A DNA stretch of 64,000 nt from a virus. The stretch is from positions 119,313 through 183,312 of IMG/VR virus record IMGVR_UViG_3300028588_000016; one strand, given 5' to 3'. Numbering within the stretch: position 1 is the first letter of the stretch; the number at the start of each line of letters is the position of its first letter. Shown here one piece after another: positions 48,606 to 58,257 of the stretch. Under the pieces are notes generated by a model. That model was given only the letters and a program-made list of their open reading frames with translations, did no database searches and had not been told where the DNA came from. The position numbers and the translations under genes were made by a program.

Positions 48606-49488
48606 TTACGACAATTCGTCAAGAACGAGCAGAGCTACTTCTATGAATTTCTCTGCTGTTGTTAATGATCCAACCGTGTTTGCCAAAACGTTTAAGCAAC
48701 AAGCTGAAGGTAAAGTACACGATTCTATGGGATCTATTGGTCTAAGAATCAGAGAGTCTCACGACTCAGAAGCACACCCTAATGTAGTACCAATTATCAT
48801 CGCTTTAGATGTAACTGGTAGTATGGATAAAGTACCTAAACAATTAGTCGCTGAAGGTTTACCTAAGCTTATTACTGGTTTACTAGCAGCCGGTGTAGAT
48901 CCTGCTGTATGTTTTATTGCTATTGGTGATCATAAATCTGATTATTTCCCTTTACAAGTTGCTCAATTTGAGTCTGGTGATGAAGAGTTGGATATGTGGT
49001 TAACAAGAACTTTCCTTGAAGGTAAAGGTGGAGGTAACGGTGGTGAAAGTTATTCTTTAGCGTGGTTATTCGCTGCTAGATATACCGAAATTCATTCGTT
49101 AACTAAACGCGGTCAGAAAGGTTTCTTGTTTACTATAGGTGATGAGCCTAATCACTCTAGTCTGGATAAGCTTAACTTAAACAGGATCTTTGGTGGTGGT
49201 TTTGAGACTGATTTACAATCTAAGGACTTGTTAAAAGAAGCTCAAGAGAAATATCATGTATATCACTTAAATGTGTTACATGGTTATGCTTATAATACCA
49301 AAACCAAGAATGGTTGGGGACACATGGGCGAACACGCTATTGATGTTTATGATGCGGAAGATGTTGCACCTTGCATCATTAAAACTGTATCAGAACATGC
49401 AGAAGCTTGTTGTCCTGATGTAGCGGCTAAACATACTGAATATGCACCTAAGTCTGATAATGTATCAGATGATGAAGACATGATGTAG
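48592..49488 (+). CDS. von Willebrand factor A (vWA) domain protein
   Basis: MIDAS IALDVTGSM; IAIGD; EGKGGGNGGESY; TIGDE. Confidence 0.82.
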   Translation: MGYSSYDNSSRTSRATSMNFSAVVNDPTVFAKTFKQQAEGKVHDSMGSIGLRIRESHDSEAHPNVVPIIIALDVTGSMDKVPKQLVAEGLPKLITGLLAAGVDPAVCFIAIGDHKSDYFPLQVAQFESGDEELDMWLTRTFLEGKGGGNGGESYSLAWLFAARYTEIHSLTKRGQKGFLFTIGDEPNHSSLDKLNLNRIFGGGFETDLQSKDLLKEAQEKYHVYHLNVLHGYAYNTKTKNGWGHMGEHAIDVYDAEDVAPCIIKTVSEHAEACCPDVAAKHTEYAPKSDNVSDDEDMM

Positions 49489-49491
49489 ACT

Positions 49492-50631
49492 ATGACTAGA
49501 GCGCAAATTGTGATTGATCTTATGTTCGGAGATTGTGGAAAAGGTGTAACAACCGATTCGTTAGCAATCAGAGCGCCTAAGAATTCAGTCAACGTGAGAT
49601 TTTCAGGTGGTCAACAGTGTGGTCACACAGTATACATTGATGAGAAAACAAATCATGTATTCTCTAATTTCGGTTCAGCTTCATTCAGAGGATTACCTAC
49701 ATATTTTACTGAACATTGTTTAGTATATCCTAAAACGATGTACGAAGAATATCTTACTCTATTACAATTAGATGTAAACCCTAAAGTTGTAATTCATCCA
49801 TTAGCTAAGTTAACAACTAATATAGATGTTGCTTGGAATAGAGCATTAGGATCTTTTAAAACAAACGGTACAGTAGGATTAGGTATCGGTGCAACGATGA
49901 CTAGACATAACACTAGTGGTCACAAATTGTATGCTTTTGATTTGCTTAACATGGAAATGTTAGCACATAAATTGCATAACATTCGTAATTATTATGTTCA
50001 GATGGCTATAAGAACTCTTCGTCAGGAAGATTACATAGCATTTCTTCATGAATGTGATAACACTACTTCTGTGTTCCTAGAGACTTGTTTCAAGATGGGT
50101 AAATACCTACAGATACAAGGATATGACTATTTGAATCAATTCGATTTAGGCATTTTCGAAGGATCTCAAGGGGTTTTGCTCGATATGGATCATGGTATCT
50201 TTCCAAACGTTACGTACGCAAATACCACTGCGAAAAACGCTGAGGAGGTGTTAAATCTCTTGGGTGTTGGTAAACATCATAGACAATATTTCTTATTAAC
50301 TAGGGCTTATACTCATCGTCACGGTGCAGGATGGATGCCTCATGAACAATCAGAAGTAACACTTGTTAATGATGAAATGGAAATAAACCAATGTTGTCCA
50401 TGGCAAGGTGAGCCTAGATCTTCTCCTTTCTGTCTTAATACTGTTAAAACAGCTATTGAGATAGTTAAGCTTTATTCTAATATCAGTATCTTTAATACTA
50501 ACATCATCTTAGGTTTTCTTGACCGAGTGACGTTAGAGGAACAGAACAGAGTGATAAAAGAATGTGAAGATCTTGAATACAGAGTTCAGCATCGTTGGAC
50601 ACACATATCCGAATTGTTATACCTTAAATAA
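49492..50631 (+). CDS. Adenylosuccinate-synthetase-like (PurA-fold) protein, divergent
   Basis: FGDCGKG, RFSGGQQCGHT, HVFSNFGS, GTVGLGIG, FEGSQGVLLD, TRAYTHRHGAG. Confidence 0.8.
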   Translation: MTRAQIVIDLMFGDCGKGVTTDSLAIRAPKNSVNVRFSGGQQCGHTVYIDEKTNHVFSNFGSASFRGLPTYFTEHCLVYPKTMYEEYLTLLQLDVNPKVVIHPLAKLTTNIDVAWNRALGSFKTNGTVGLGIGATMTRHNTSGHKLYAFDLLNMEMLAHKLHNIRNYYVQMAIRTLRQEDYIAFLHECDNTTSVFLETCFKMGKYLQIQGYDYLNQFDLGIFEGSQGVLLDMDHGIFPNVTYANTTAKNAEEVLNLLGVGKHHRQYFLLTRAYTHRHGAGWMPHEQSEVTLVNDEMEINQCCPWQGEPRSSPFCLNTVKTAIEIVKLYSNISIFNTNIILGFLDRVTLEEQNRVIKECEDLEYRVQHRWTHISELLYLK

Positions 50632-50752
50632 AACATTTGTAGGCTAAATAAGCGTTAGTAAGTCGCACGAGGAATTGTTGGTTTTAGTAGGTTAACTTTT
50701 GACTCAAAGACTTAGGAGTATAGTCTTCCTTGCCTACATTTAAACAAACACA

Positions 50753-51259
50753 ATGAATAAATCAGAACAAAATATCGGTGCTTTTCAGAAGTACCTAGAG
50801 AAATCAATCTTTGCAACTAAATGGTTATTGATACCTTTCTATTTAGGATTAGTTGCAGTATTGATCAAATACATGCTCTTCTTTATAGGAGATGTATATC
50901 ACTTCATGTTATCTGATATACACGGTGCGAATGAATTTATGCTATTAGTAGTAGAATTCATTGATATCGTGATGATCGGTAATTTAGTCAAATTCATGAT
51001 AACAGGTAGTTACAATTCATTTGTTAACAAATCTCGTTATGAGGACAGTGAGAAAGTTTCATCAGGAACTTTAAAAGTGAAAATGGGTACCGCTATTATT
51101 GGTATTTCATCTATTCACCTATTACAAACATTCATGGCTGTTGACCATTTATCATGGGATACAGTTTACAAACAATTATTAATTCACCTTGCATTCATCG
51201 TTGGTGGTTGGGCATTAGCTCATATCGACTTGTTGCATTCTAAAACCGATTCTCATTAA
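50753..51259 (+). CDS. YqhA/UPF0114 (TIGR00645-like) membrane protein
   Basis: IFATKWLLIPFYLGL...IDIVMIGNL...GSYNSFV...LKVK....IIGISSIHLLQTF. Confidence 0.8.
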   Translation: MNKSEQNIGAFQKYLEKSIFATKWLLIPFYLGLVAVLIKYMLFFIGDVYHFMLSDIHGANEFMLLVVEFIDIVMIGNLVKFMITGSYNSFVNKSRYEDSEKVSSGTLKVKMGTAIIGISSIHLLQTFMAVDHLSWDTVYKQLLIHLAFIVGGWALAHIDLLHSKTDSH

Positions 51260-51260
51260 A

Positions 51261-51755
51261 ATGAAGAAAATTCTATTAGTGCTACTCATGGTAGCTTATA
51301 TGTTCGCTGGTTGTGTTGAGCAAAAGCATTCAAAAGCTGAAATACACAAATACAAAACCGAAGGCGCTGTTGATGGTCAAAATGAAATCTTGTACTGGTA
51401 CTTGATGTTCTACAACAACACTTATTACTATTACAGCTCACCTGTTCCAATTACTGACTACAGTACGATTAACTGGTCAACTAGTGCAACATCGCCTAGT
51501 GAACTATTTGGTGCAACTGATTTAGGAGTTGATATGGTTTCTAGTGAATCTTTATCTGCTGATGTAGCCGATGCAGTCGATGCAGGAACAGATGCTAATG
51601 CAGACTCTGGAACAGACTCTAATGCCGATACAGGTGCCGATAGTAATAGTGATGCAGGAACAGACGCTGGTGCAGATGCCGGTGGTGATACAGGTGGCGA
51701 TGCTGGCGGTGGAGGAGACTCTGGCGGCGGTGACAGTGGAGGTGGTGGTGAATAA
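51261..51755 (+). CDS. Lipoprotein with D/A/G/S low-complexity repeat tail
   Basis: Lipobox FAGC; tail (DAGT/DANA/DSGT/DSNA...)GGGD. Confidence 0.7.
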   Translation: MKKILLVLLMVAYMFAGCVEQKHSKAEIHKYKTEGAVDGQNEILYWYLMFYNNTYYYYSSPVPITDYSTINWSTSATSPSELFGATDLGVDMVSSESLSADVADAVDAGTDANADSGTDSNADTGADSNSDAGTDAGADAGGDTGGDAGGGGDSGGGDSGGGGE

Positions 51756-51847
51756 CTACTACGGTCCTACTGAAGATTACGACGAAGACTATGATGAACT
51801 AGAGGTCTTCGACGGAGTATTCAACGGCTATTGGATATGAAATATTA

Positions 51848-52200
51848 AACTACTCTGCTTGAATACAGATAGCAATGTAAATCTGCATGTAGACAGGCTT
51901 TATGTGCAGTATTTGTGATGGATCCAACATCGTTCTGGGTAGAGTACGAGCAACTTTGAGTATTCTTATTCGACAAACCTTTATGGATCGGGTAAGTAAC
52001 GCCATTGCGTATCCTTTGGAAATGGGACAGAGTAGTTTATAAAAAATATTAAAACAACCTAATGTTGGCAAGCGGTGGGGAGTGTACATTACGCCATCGC
52101 TATAGTCTTTAATTTAATGTGTCGGGGTGAAACCTCATCATTTATAAATCTAATTAGCTATTAGAGGAGCTAAATACGCATTAGATACTGGGTTGTTTTA
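51848..52200 (+). ncRNA. Two adjacent stem-closed structured RNA domains
   Basis: AACTACTCTG/CAGAGTAGTT (51848-57/52028-37) and TAAAACAACC/GGTTGTTTTA (52050-59/52191-200). Confidence 0.45.
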
Positions 52201-52206
52201 TAAAAT

Positions 52207-52299
52207 ACGCATGTAGTTTAGATAGGACGAGAACACGCCAAATCCCAGGCACCAGAAGCATTGGCTGAAGAGACATGGGTTCGAATCCCGTCGTGTGTA
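52207..52299 (+). tRNA. tRNA-like gene with a 19-nt anticodon loop (possibly Gly-derived)
   Basis: Acceptor ACGCATG/CGTGTGT; D-stem GTTT/GAAC; stem GCCAA/TTGGC encloses ATCCCAGGCACCAGAAGCA; T-arm ATGGG-TTCGAAT-CCCGT. Confidence 0.7.
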
Positions 52300-52302
52300 C
52301 GT

Positions 52303-52549
52303 TAACTACTCAGCGGTTACTCAATACCGATCTTCTCGACTCTTCTAGGCTTGTATAGACGGTGAGTATTAAATGTAGTTCTAGAAGCCTCGGCCAAGTA
52401 GTAGTTAGAGCTCATGTCTATTTGTAGGTGTTAAGATTGGAGTTTAACTATAGTAAACGAAACCTTCAACATGCGGCATATCTTGATCAACCCATGCGTT
52501 ATGGTAATACAGAATGCTCTTAAGTGGAGGAAGATCATGTATATGCTGC
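52303..52549 (+). ncRNA. Two further stem-closed structured RNA domains
   Basis: TAACTACT/AGTAGTTA (52303-10/52400-07) and GCGGCATAT/ATATGCTGC (52473-81/52541-49). Confidence 0.4.
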
Positions 52550-52552
52550 TAC

Positions 52553-52626
52553 GGGTCCGTAGCAAAATGGTGAATGCACCAGACTCATAATCTGGCGATA
52601 TCCCGGTTCGAGCCCGGGCGGGCCCA
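52553..52626 (+). tRNA. tRNA(CAT), probably Ile2 (lysidine) type
   Basis: GGGTCCG/CGGGCCC-A; CCAGA-CTCATAA-TCTGG. Ile2 versus Met is inferred from the GGG acceptor. Confidence 0.82.
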
Positions 52627-52649
52627 CATTTAAATTAAATAGATAAGAA

Positions 52650-52964
52650 ATGACAGAAGAAGAGTACAAAGCGTTTCATGGAAACAATAGCGGTCCTTAT
52701 GAAACAAGACTTAATGACTTTACATTTGAGGAAGTGGTTGCATTCTTACAGAAAAAGAATTACACACTTGTTAATGTAAAATATACTTATACTTCATATC
52801 GTAATGATCAGAAGTGTGATGAAATAGGTAGAAAGACAATAGCTACTATGTTCTTTCGTGATTACCCTCTCGATATTCTGATAAGTGAAGAAGAAGCAAG
52901 GGAACTAGATTACGTTAATGTATTTAGAACAACAATTAAACAAGCGATCTTAAGTCTCTGGTAA
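52650..52964 (+). CDS. Hypothetical protein
   Basis: 104 aa ORF. Confidence 0.6.
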   Translation: MTEEEYKAFHGNNSGPYETRLNDFTFEEVVAFLQKKNYTLVNVKYTYTSYRNDQKCDEIGRKTIATMFFRDYPLDILISEEEARELDYVNVFRTTIKQAILSLW

Positions 52965-53548
52965 TGATACATATACAGTATTTAAAACAAAAGTACGATA
53001 AACTTAAAGCTAAAGCTACTGATGTACATTCTAAATATTCTATTACCAAAGTTAAAGGTAAAGATGATAAAGTTAATCTTAATGAAAGATTAAGACTGAG
53101 TAGTATAAGAGCAAGGTATAATCGTGAAGCTAATCATGTTAAAATGTTGTTAGCTAAAGTTAATTACATTATTGATACTCCAAATCATGAACCTTTATCT
53201 GATCCTGTTAAAGCAGTAGCTAGACATTTAGGACCCGTTCGTAAGTTTCTAAAAGAGTTACCACTAGTTGACGTATTTAAGTATGGACATAAGACCCGAA
53301 TGAAGACTTTCATCTTAAAAGGTTTTAAGTGTGCCAATCCTGAATGCGATAAAGTAGGAACTCGATTTATAGTAACACTAGATGAATACGGTGACGAGAG
53401 ATACGATATCTTTACAGAAGACTTCGTATTAATGACTAATGATCACATTATTCCTAAATCTAAAGGAGGGAGTAATCATATCAGTAATCTTCAACCTTTG
53501 TGTAAGAAACATAATCAAAAGAAATCTAACAAATTAATACCTTATTAA
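52964..53548 (+). CDS. HNH endonuclease
   Basis: CANPEC...DHIIPKSKGGSNHISNLQPLCKKHN. Confidence 0.85.
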   Translation: MIHIQYLKQKYDKLKAKATDVHSKYSITKVKGKDDKVNLNERLRLSSIRARYNREANHVKMLLAKVNYIIDTPNHEPLSDPVKAVARHLGPVRKFLKELPLVDVFKYGHKTRMKTFILKGFKCANPECDKVGTRFIVTLDEYGDERYDIFTEDFVLMTNDHIIPKSKGGSNHISNLQPLCKKHNQKKSNKLIPY

Positions 53549-53680
53549 TGCATATAGCAGAAGAAATACTTAAAGAAATCTCTGAACTTTTCAAGGAGAA
53601 GCTACAGGATAAGAACAGTTGGGGTAAGAATGATGTGTTCAATCTGTACCAACAGTGTGAGATTGAAGTCTTAAGAAAAT

Positions 53681-55329
53681 ATGTCTAACATTAACTGGGG
53701 AGAGATTGCCAATGTTAACATAGAAGACCGTAAACAACGCGACTACAGAGAATGGTTTCACGTAGCTCAAGATATGGTAGATTTCGTAGATTTCATACGA
53801 GAACACTTACCTAGCGGTCTAATGGAAGAAATTGACGAACTTTGGGAAAAACACAATGAATAATGGAAGAGAAAATTCTATACAACGTATTGAGAGCCAT
53901 TTCCAATAAAGGAACTGGCTCTTCACAAGCTCCTGATCAGGAGTATCTTATGGCATTAAAGAACATAGGACTAATTAACTTGCAATGGGATACTGAACTT
54001 ACATCGTTCGGTAGAGACATGCTTAGCATATTAGAAAATAGAATCCCTTATTAATCATGAACATAGAAGGGCTTAGAATAACAAACTTTGCAAGTTTTGC
54101 AGTATGTGTACAAGGAACTAGTTCAGGTCCTGGTCTCTCGAGAGTGGTTGACACAATTGCTATTGAATTTAATAATGATGACACTACGTGGTCACAAGAA
54201 AAGGTAGCCGGATGGTTACACATTGAAAGATCAGAAGCCTTAAGGCTTAGAGACATTTTAAATGAACAATTTGAATTTTAATGAAAACCATATTAATGGA
54301 AAATGGTGGCTTGCTTATGCCTGCCACAGAAGAATGGGTTAAATCAATTGATCCACACTTCATAGAAGTAAATCCAGAGATCATGAGACACTATATGCGT
54401 CATCATGATCTATATACGTTTGCTATGTTAATCGATCCTACATTAACCGATATAGTAGTATCTTCTGCTTTTGAAATGCCTGCAGGATTTGATTGTCATG
54501 TATCTATGAAAGGTGCACGTGTAGTCGATATAAACAGTGAGTACTTACAAATAGAATACTATGCGTGGTTATTCTATGAAGCCGTAGGTTATCGTAAACG
54601 ACACGATTTAGCTCCTCTAATCTTTCATATCAATTATCTTTATGAGGAAGCATTCTGCGAAGATCTAAAGAATGAAGAGATGGGACCAGATACTACTACA
54701 TACGTTAAGCTAATGATGCGTCAAAGTGAAGGTTATGTAGCTTTAAAATTATACAGCAATTATGAGTTGTATCAAGAGATCTTAAGTGAAGACGATTTAA
54801 ATCTTAATTAGAATGGCATATCAGCTGCCTAGACTGAGATGGTATCAATTTCAACGTACCGTGAAGGTAAAAGACCAATGGCAAGATGAAATCTACTATA
54901 AAGCACTTAAAACTCAATTTGACTGGCAAAGTTGCGATGTAGAAGGTAAGCGTAAAGACACTTTTTACATTGAAACGTGTTATAAATGGAATTGGTTCTT
55001 TAGAGATCTAGTTAGAGATTACAGACGATGGACACAGATGCGAATATTAAAACGTATGAATAAAATTAATGAAGTATTTTGAATTAGAAGTAGGTTCCGC
55101 CAACTTCTGTGGATTTAATTCCACATTTATGTTAAAAGGTGAAACAGAATCAGAAGTTGAGAGTAGTAAAGAGTATGAGGACATTATGGACTACATGCAA
55201 GACTACGTAACTGGCTGGATCGATGAAGGAGATTGGGAAGAACACGGTGAAGAAGCAGATATGTTGTCTATCAATATATCTGAAACAACTGAAGAAGCGT
55301 TTTTAGCACACGGAGAAAATCAATACTAA
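53681..55329 (+). other. Run of small hypothetical ORFs (53681-53863, 53863-54054, 54057-54281, 54281-54811, 54813-55082, 55069-55329)
   Basis: Co-oriented, translationally coupled. Confidence 0.6.
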
Positions 55330-55449
55330 TGATTACTAAAGAAGAATACGAGGATTTATTAAATCACTTAGACGTATGGACTCATTGTAAATTAGAAGAT
55401 GAAGACTTAAATCGAAATCAAGTAACTTTTTTATTTGATCTTATAGAAA

Positions 55450-56019
55450 ATGCAGACATTAGTAGTTAACCTCTACGGAGGTCCAGGATCTGGTAAATCT
55501 ACCATGGCAGCGAGAATCTTCGCATGCTTAAAAGAAAAAGGCATAAACGCGGAGTTAGCAACCGAATATGCAAAAGATATGACTTGGCAACAATCAAATC
55601 ATGTGCTAACAAATCAAATATATGTATTTGGTAAACAACAACATAGACTTTGGAGACTAAAAGGTAAAGTGGAAGTAATCGTAACAGACGCTCCCTTACT
55701 AAACTCTATAGTTTATACAAATCATATTAGTGAGTTTGAAGACTTAGTGTTACAACAATTCCATTCGTTTCAGAATTATGATATCTTTCTTAATCGTGTA
55801 AAGAGATACAATCCTAGTGGTAGATCTCAAAACGAAGAAGAAGCTAAAATGATTGATGCTGTGACTATCGAAACACTACAAGAAGCTTACACTTCTAAAA
55901 CTAATTGGTGTGATCTTCGTGTAGATGGTTGTGAATCTTCTACTAAAACAATCATTAATTCTATTATGAATTACCTCGAACGATCCAAAGATGCTACCTT
56001 AGAACTTAAGAATTTATGA
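55450..56019 (+). CDS. NadR/AAA_28-like P-loop ATPase or nucleotide kinase
   Basis: VVNLYGGPGSGKST; TEYAK; VIVTDAPLL; R.Q.EEEA. Confidence 0.78.
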   Translation: MQTLVVNLYGGPGSGKSTMAARIFACLKEKGINAELATEYAKDMTWQQSNHVLTNQIYVFGKQQHRLWRLKGKVEVIVTDAPLLNSIVYTNHISEFEDLVLQQFHSFQNYDIFLNRVKRYNPSGRSQNEEEAKMIDAVTIETLQEAYTSKTNWCDLRVDGCESSTKTIINSIMNYLERSKDATLELKNL

Positions 56020-56748
56020 TTTGGAGAAGAATAGACGAAATAAAACCACCTCCAGGTAGGTACGTCGTTAAAACACAATCACCTAGTCCTCAAGATCCTT
56101 CTAAGATGGTTCACAGAAATGTAATTGAATCAGAAGTATCTTATGACAATAAAGGTAAAGCACATTGGACTTGTAGAAATCAAACACCTTACGAATGGTT
56201 AGATCAAGAAGCAAGAGCATGAGACGTAAATGGTATCTTCGTATGATGAGACCTAAATATATGTTCATATTTGATGTAGGTAACGACATTTGGATGAGAG
56301 ATAAACTTAGAGAAATCGAATGTTGTCGTATTGAATCAAAAACTAATTTTACACTAGAAAGGAGACCTCGTGTCACAATATAGAATCAAAGTAGAAACAT
56401 GGGAGACAGGTGTTTTACACACACCTCAATATCGTATGTTATGGATGTGGTGGAATTTTACTGATACAGAAGAAATTGATGTGTATTACACTCATTCTGA
56501 AACTATTACTACAACACATACTTTCTATACGTATGAAGACGCCGTAAGGTTTCTTAAGCTTACACTTGAAGGTAAGAAAGTAACAAAAGACAAGAAACCG
56601 GTAACAACTTATATACCTTTCCCATGAAAGAACCACAAAGAGCAATAGTAACAATATTACCATATGGTGAACTACAGCGTTTAAGTAATCTAGTATTAGC
56701 TCCTAAACAAGCTGACGCACCGTTTGGCCTATATCTAAAAATATTAAA

Positions 56749-57120
56749 ATGGCAGAAGAACTAAAATTTACCAAAGAGCTTAAAGAAGCTTGGTTAACCG
56801 CTTTAAAGAGTGGTGAATATACACAAGGATCAGGTGCCTTACTTCTAGAAACACAAGAAGGAAAGTGCCATTGTTGTTTAGGTGTATTAGCTGAAATACA
56901 TCCAAATTTAGCTATAGGAAAACGTGTTGACATAGACGAAACGTTCGGTACTTATTACAATACTGTAATCTGTAACGGTGAAGAAGAAGAAAGTTACGAA
57001 CCTTTTAGAAAGCTAATAGGTCATGTAATGTCTGACTTAGCGGATCAAAATGATGCAAATTCTGACGGTAAATATACCTCTGTAATTCCTATGATTGAAG
57101 AACTACCAACTGTTGACTAA
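56749..57120 (+). CDS. Hypothetical protein (W..ALxSGEY.Q...CCLGV family, copy 1)
   Basis: Paralog of 61996-62382. Confidence 0.7.
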   Translation: MAEELKFTKELKEAWLTALKSGEYTQGSGALLLETQEGKCHCCLGVLAEIHPNLAIGKRVDIDETFGTYYNTVICNGEEEESYEPFRKLIGHVMSDLADQNDANSDGKYTSVIPMIEELPTVD

Positions 57121-57650
57121 TGGTAGACGCTAAAACACTTCAGAAAGCAATAGAATTCGCTGCGGTAGCACATCGTGGTCAAGTTCGCAAAGGAGATGGA
57201 CGTCCTTACATTATGCATCCTCTATCAGTAATGAATAGGGTGCAGACAATGAAAAAGTCTATAAATGCTTATTTACTAGCAACTGCAGCTATCTTACACG
57301 ATGTAGTAGAAGATTGCGGTGTAACTCTAGAAACAATAGCAAAAGAGTTCGGTTACTATGTAGCTGGATTAGTCGAAGAACTTACTTTGGATAAAGATAA
57401 GTACGAGACGATAGGTAAAACTAAATACTTATGTCAAGAACTTACTAAAATGTCTAGTTATGCTTTAGCAATCAAACTATGTGATCGTTTAGATAACGTA
57501 GAGGATATGTCAAGTATGAGTGAAGCTTTTAGAATGAAATACGCTCATGAAACAATAGAAATATTGAATTATGTAGAGTTGAATCGTAAGAAGTTGACAG
57601 GCACACACAATAAATTAATCGGTTTAATTAGAAACGTATTACTCTCATAA
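57120..57650 (+). CDS. Small alarmone hydrolase (RelA/SpoT/Mesh1-type HD domain)
   Basis: AH.GQ.RK.DG.PYI.HP; AAILHDVVED; V.ELT; IKLCDRLDN. Confidence 0.87.
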   Translation: MVDAKTLQKAIEFAAVAHRGQVRKGDGRPYIMHPLSVMNRVQTMKKSINAYLLATAAILHDVVEDCGVTLETIAKEFGYYVAGLVEELTLDKDKYETIGKTKYLCQELTKMSSYALAIKLCDRLDNVEDMSSMSEAFRMKYAHETIEILNYVELNRKKLTGTHNKLIGLIRNVLLS

Positions 57651-57804
57651 TGACCTTAATAGAACTAATAATCATACTGGTTAGGATAGCTTTAATATTA
57701 AATTGTGTGACTGCTTTACTAGCGTTACTACAAGGAAAGTTAGGTAAGTTATCTAAAACATTAGTATTGATTGTACTGAATATAATAATCTTAAATTATT
57801 TATC

Positions 57805-58257
57805 ATGAACATTGGAAGTGGAAGCGGTTATCCTGCAGGGGCCTTAAGTAACTTCTCTCCACATAGATTTACTTTAGATGGAGTAGTATGTCACTCAATG
57901 GAAGGATTCCTTCAGGGGCTTAAGTACAAGAATCCTGACATGCAAGCACACGTCTGTACCTTAGTTGGTATGGGTGCTAAGATGAAAGGTAAGAATAAAA
58001 AGTGGTGGAAATTACAAATGCTATATTGGCAAGGAGTAGAGTATCCACGTAAGTCAGCTGCTTATCAAAGTCTTTTAGACAGAGCATACACGGCAATGTA
58101 TGAACAATCAGAGAGTTTTAGAAAAGCATTAGCCGCAGCAGGTAAAGGAGCTGTGTTTACACATAGCATCGGCAAAAGTGATCAAACAAGAACTGTTTTA
58201 ACAATTAACGAATTTTGTAGTCGTTTAATGAAATTGAAGAATGATGGAACAATATAG
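57805..58257 (+). CDS. NADAR-fold / T4 gp30.3-like protein
   Basis: LSNFSPHRF.LDGV.C.SMEGFLQGLK...LYWQG...AY.AMY.Q...F+.AL. Confidence 0.72.
   Translation: MNIGSGSGYPAGALSNFSPHRFTLDGVVCHSMEGFLQGLKYKNPDMQAHVCTLVGMGAKMKGKNKKWWKLQMLYWQGVEYPRKSAAYQSLLDRAYTAMYEQSESFRKALAAAGKGAVFTHSIGKSDQTRTVLTINEFCSRLMKLKNDGTI

Noticed and set aside
46679-57650. Z-genome (2-aminoadenine) cluster: PurZ + MazZ + DatZ
   Set aside because: The PurA-like protein retains Asp in GDCGKG, whereas PurZ has Ser. The HD protein is RelA/SpoT-type rather than DatZ-type, and the three genes are not clustered.
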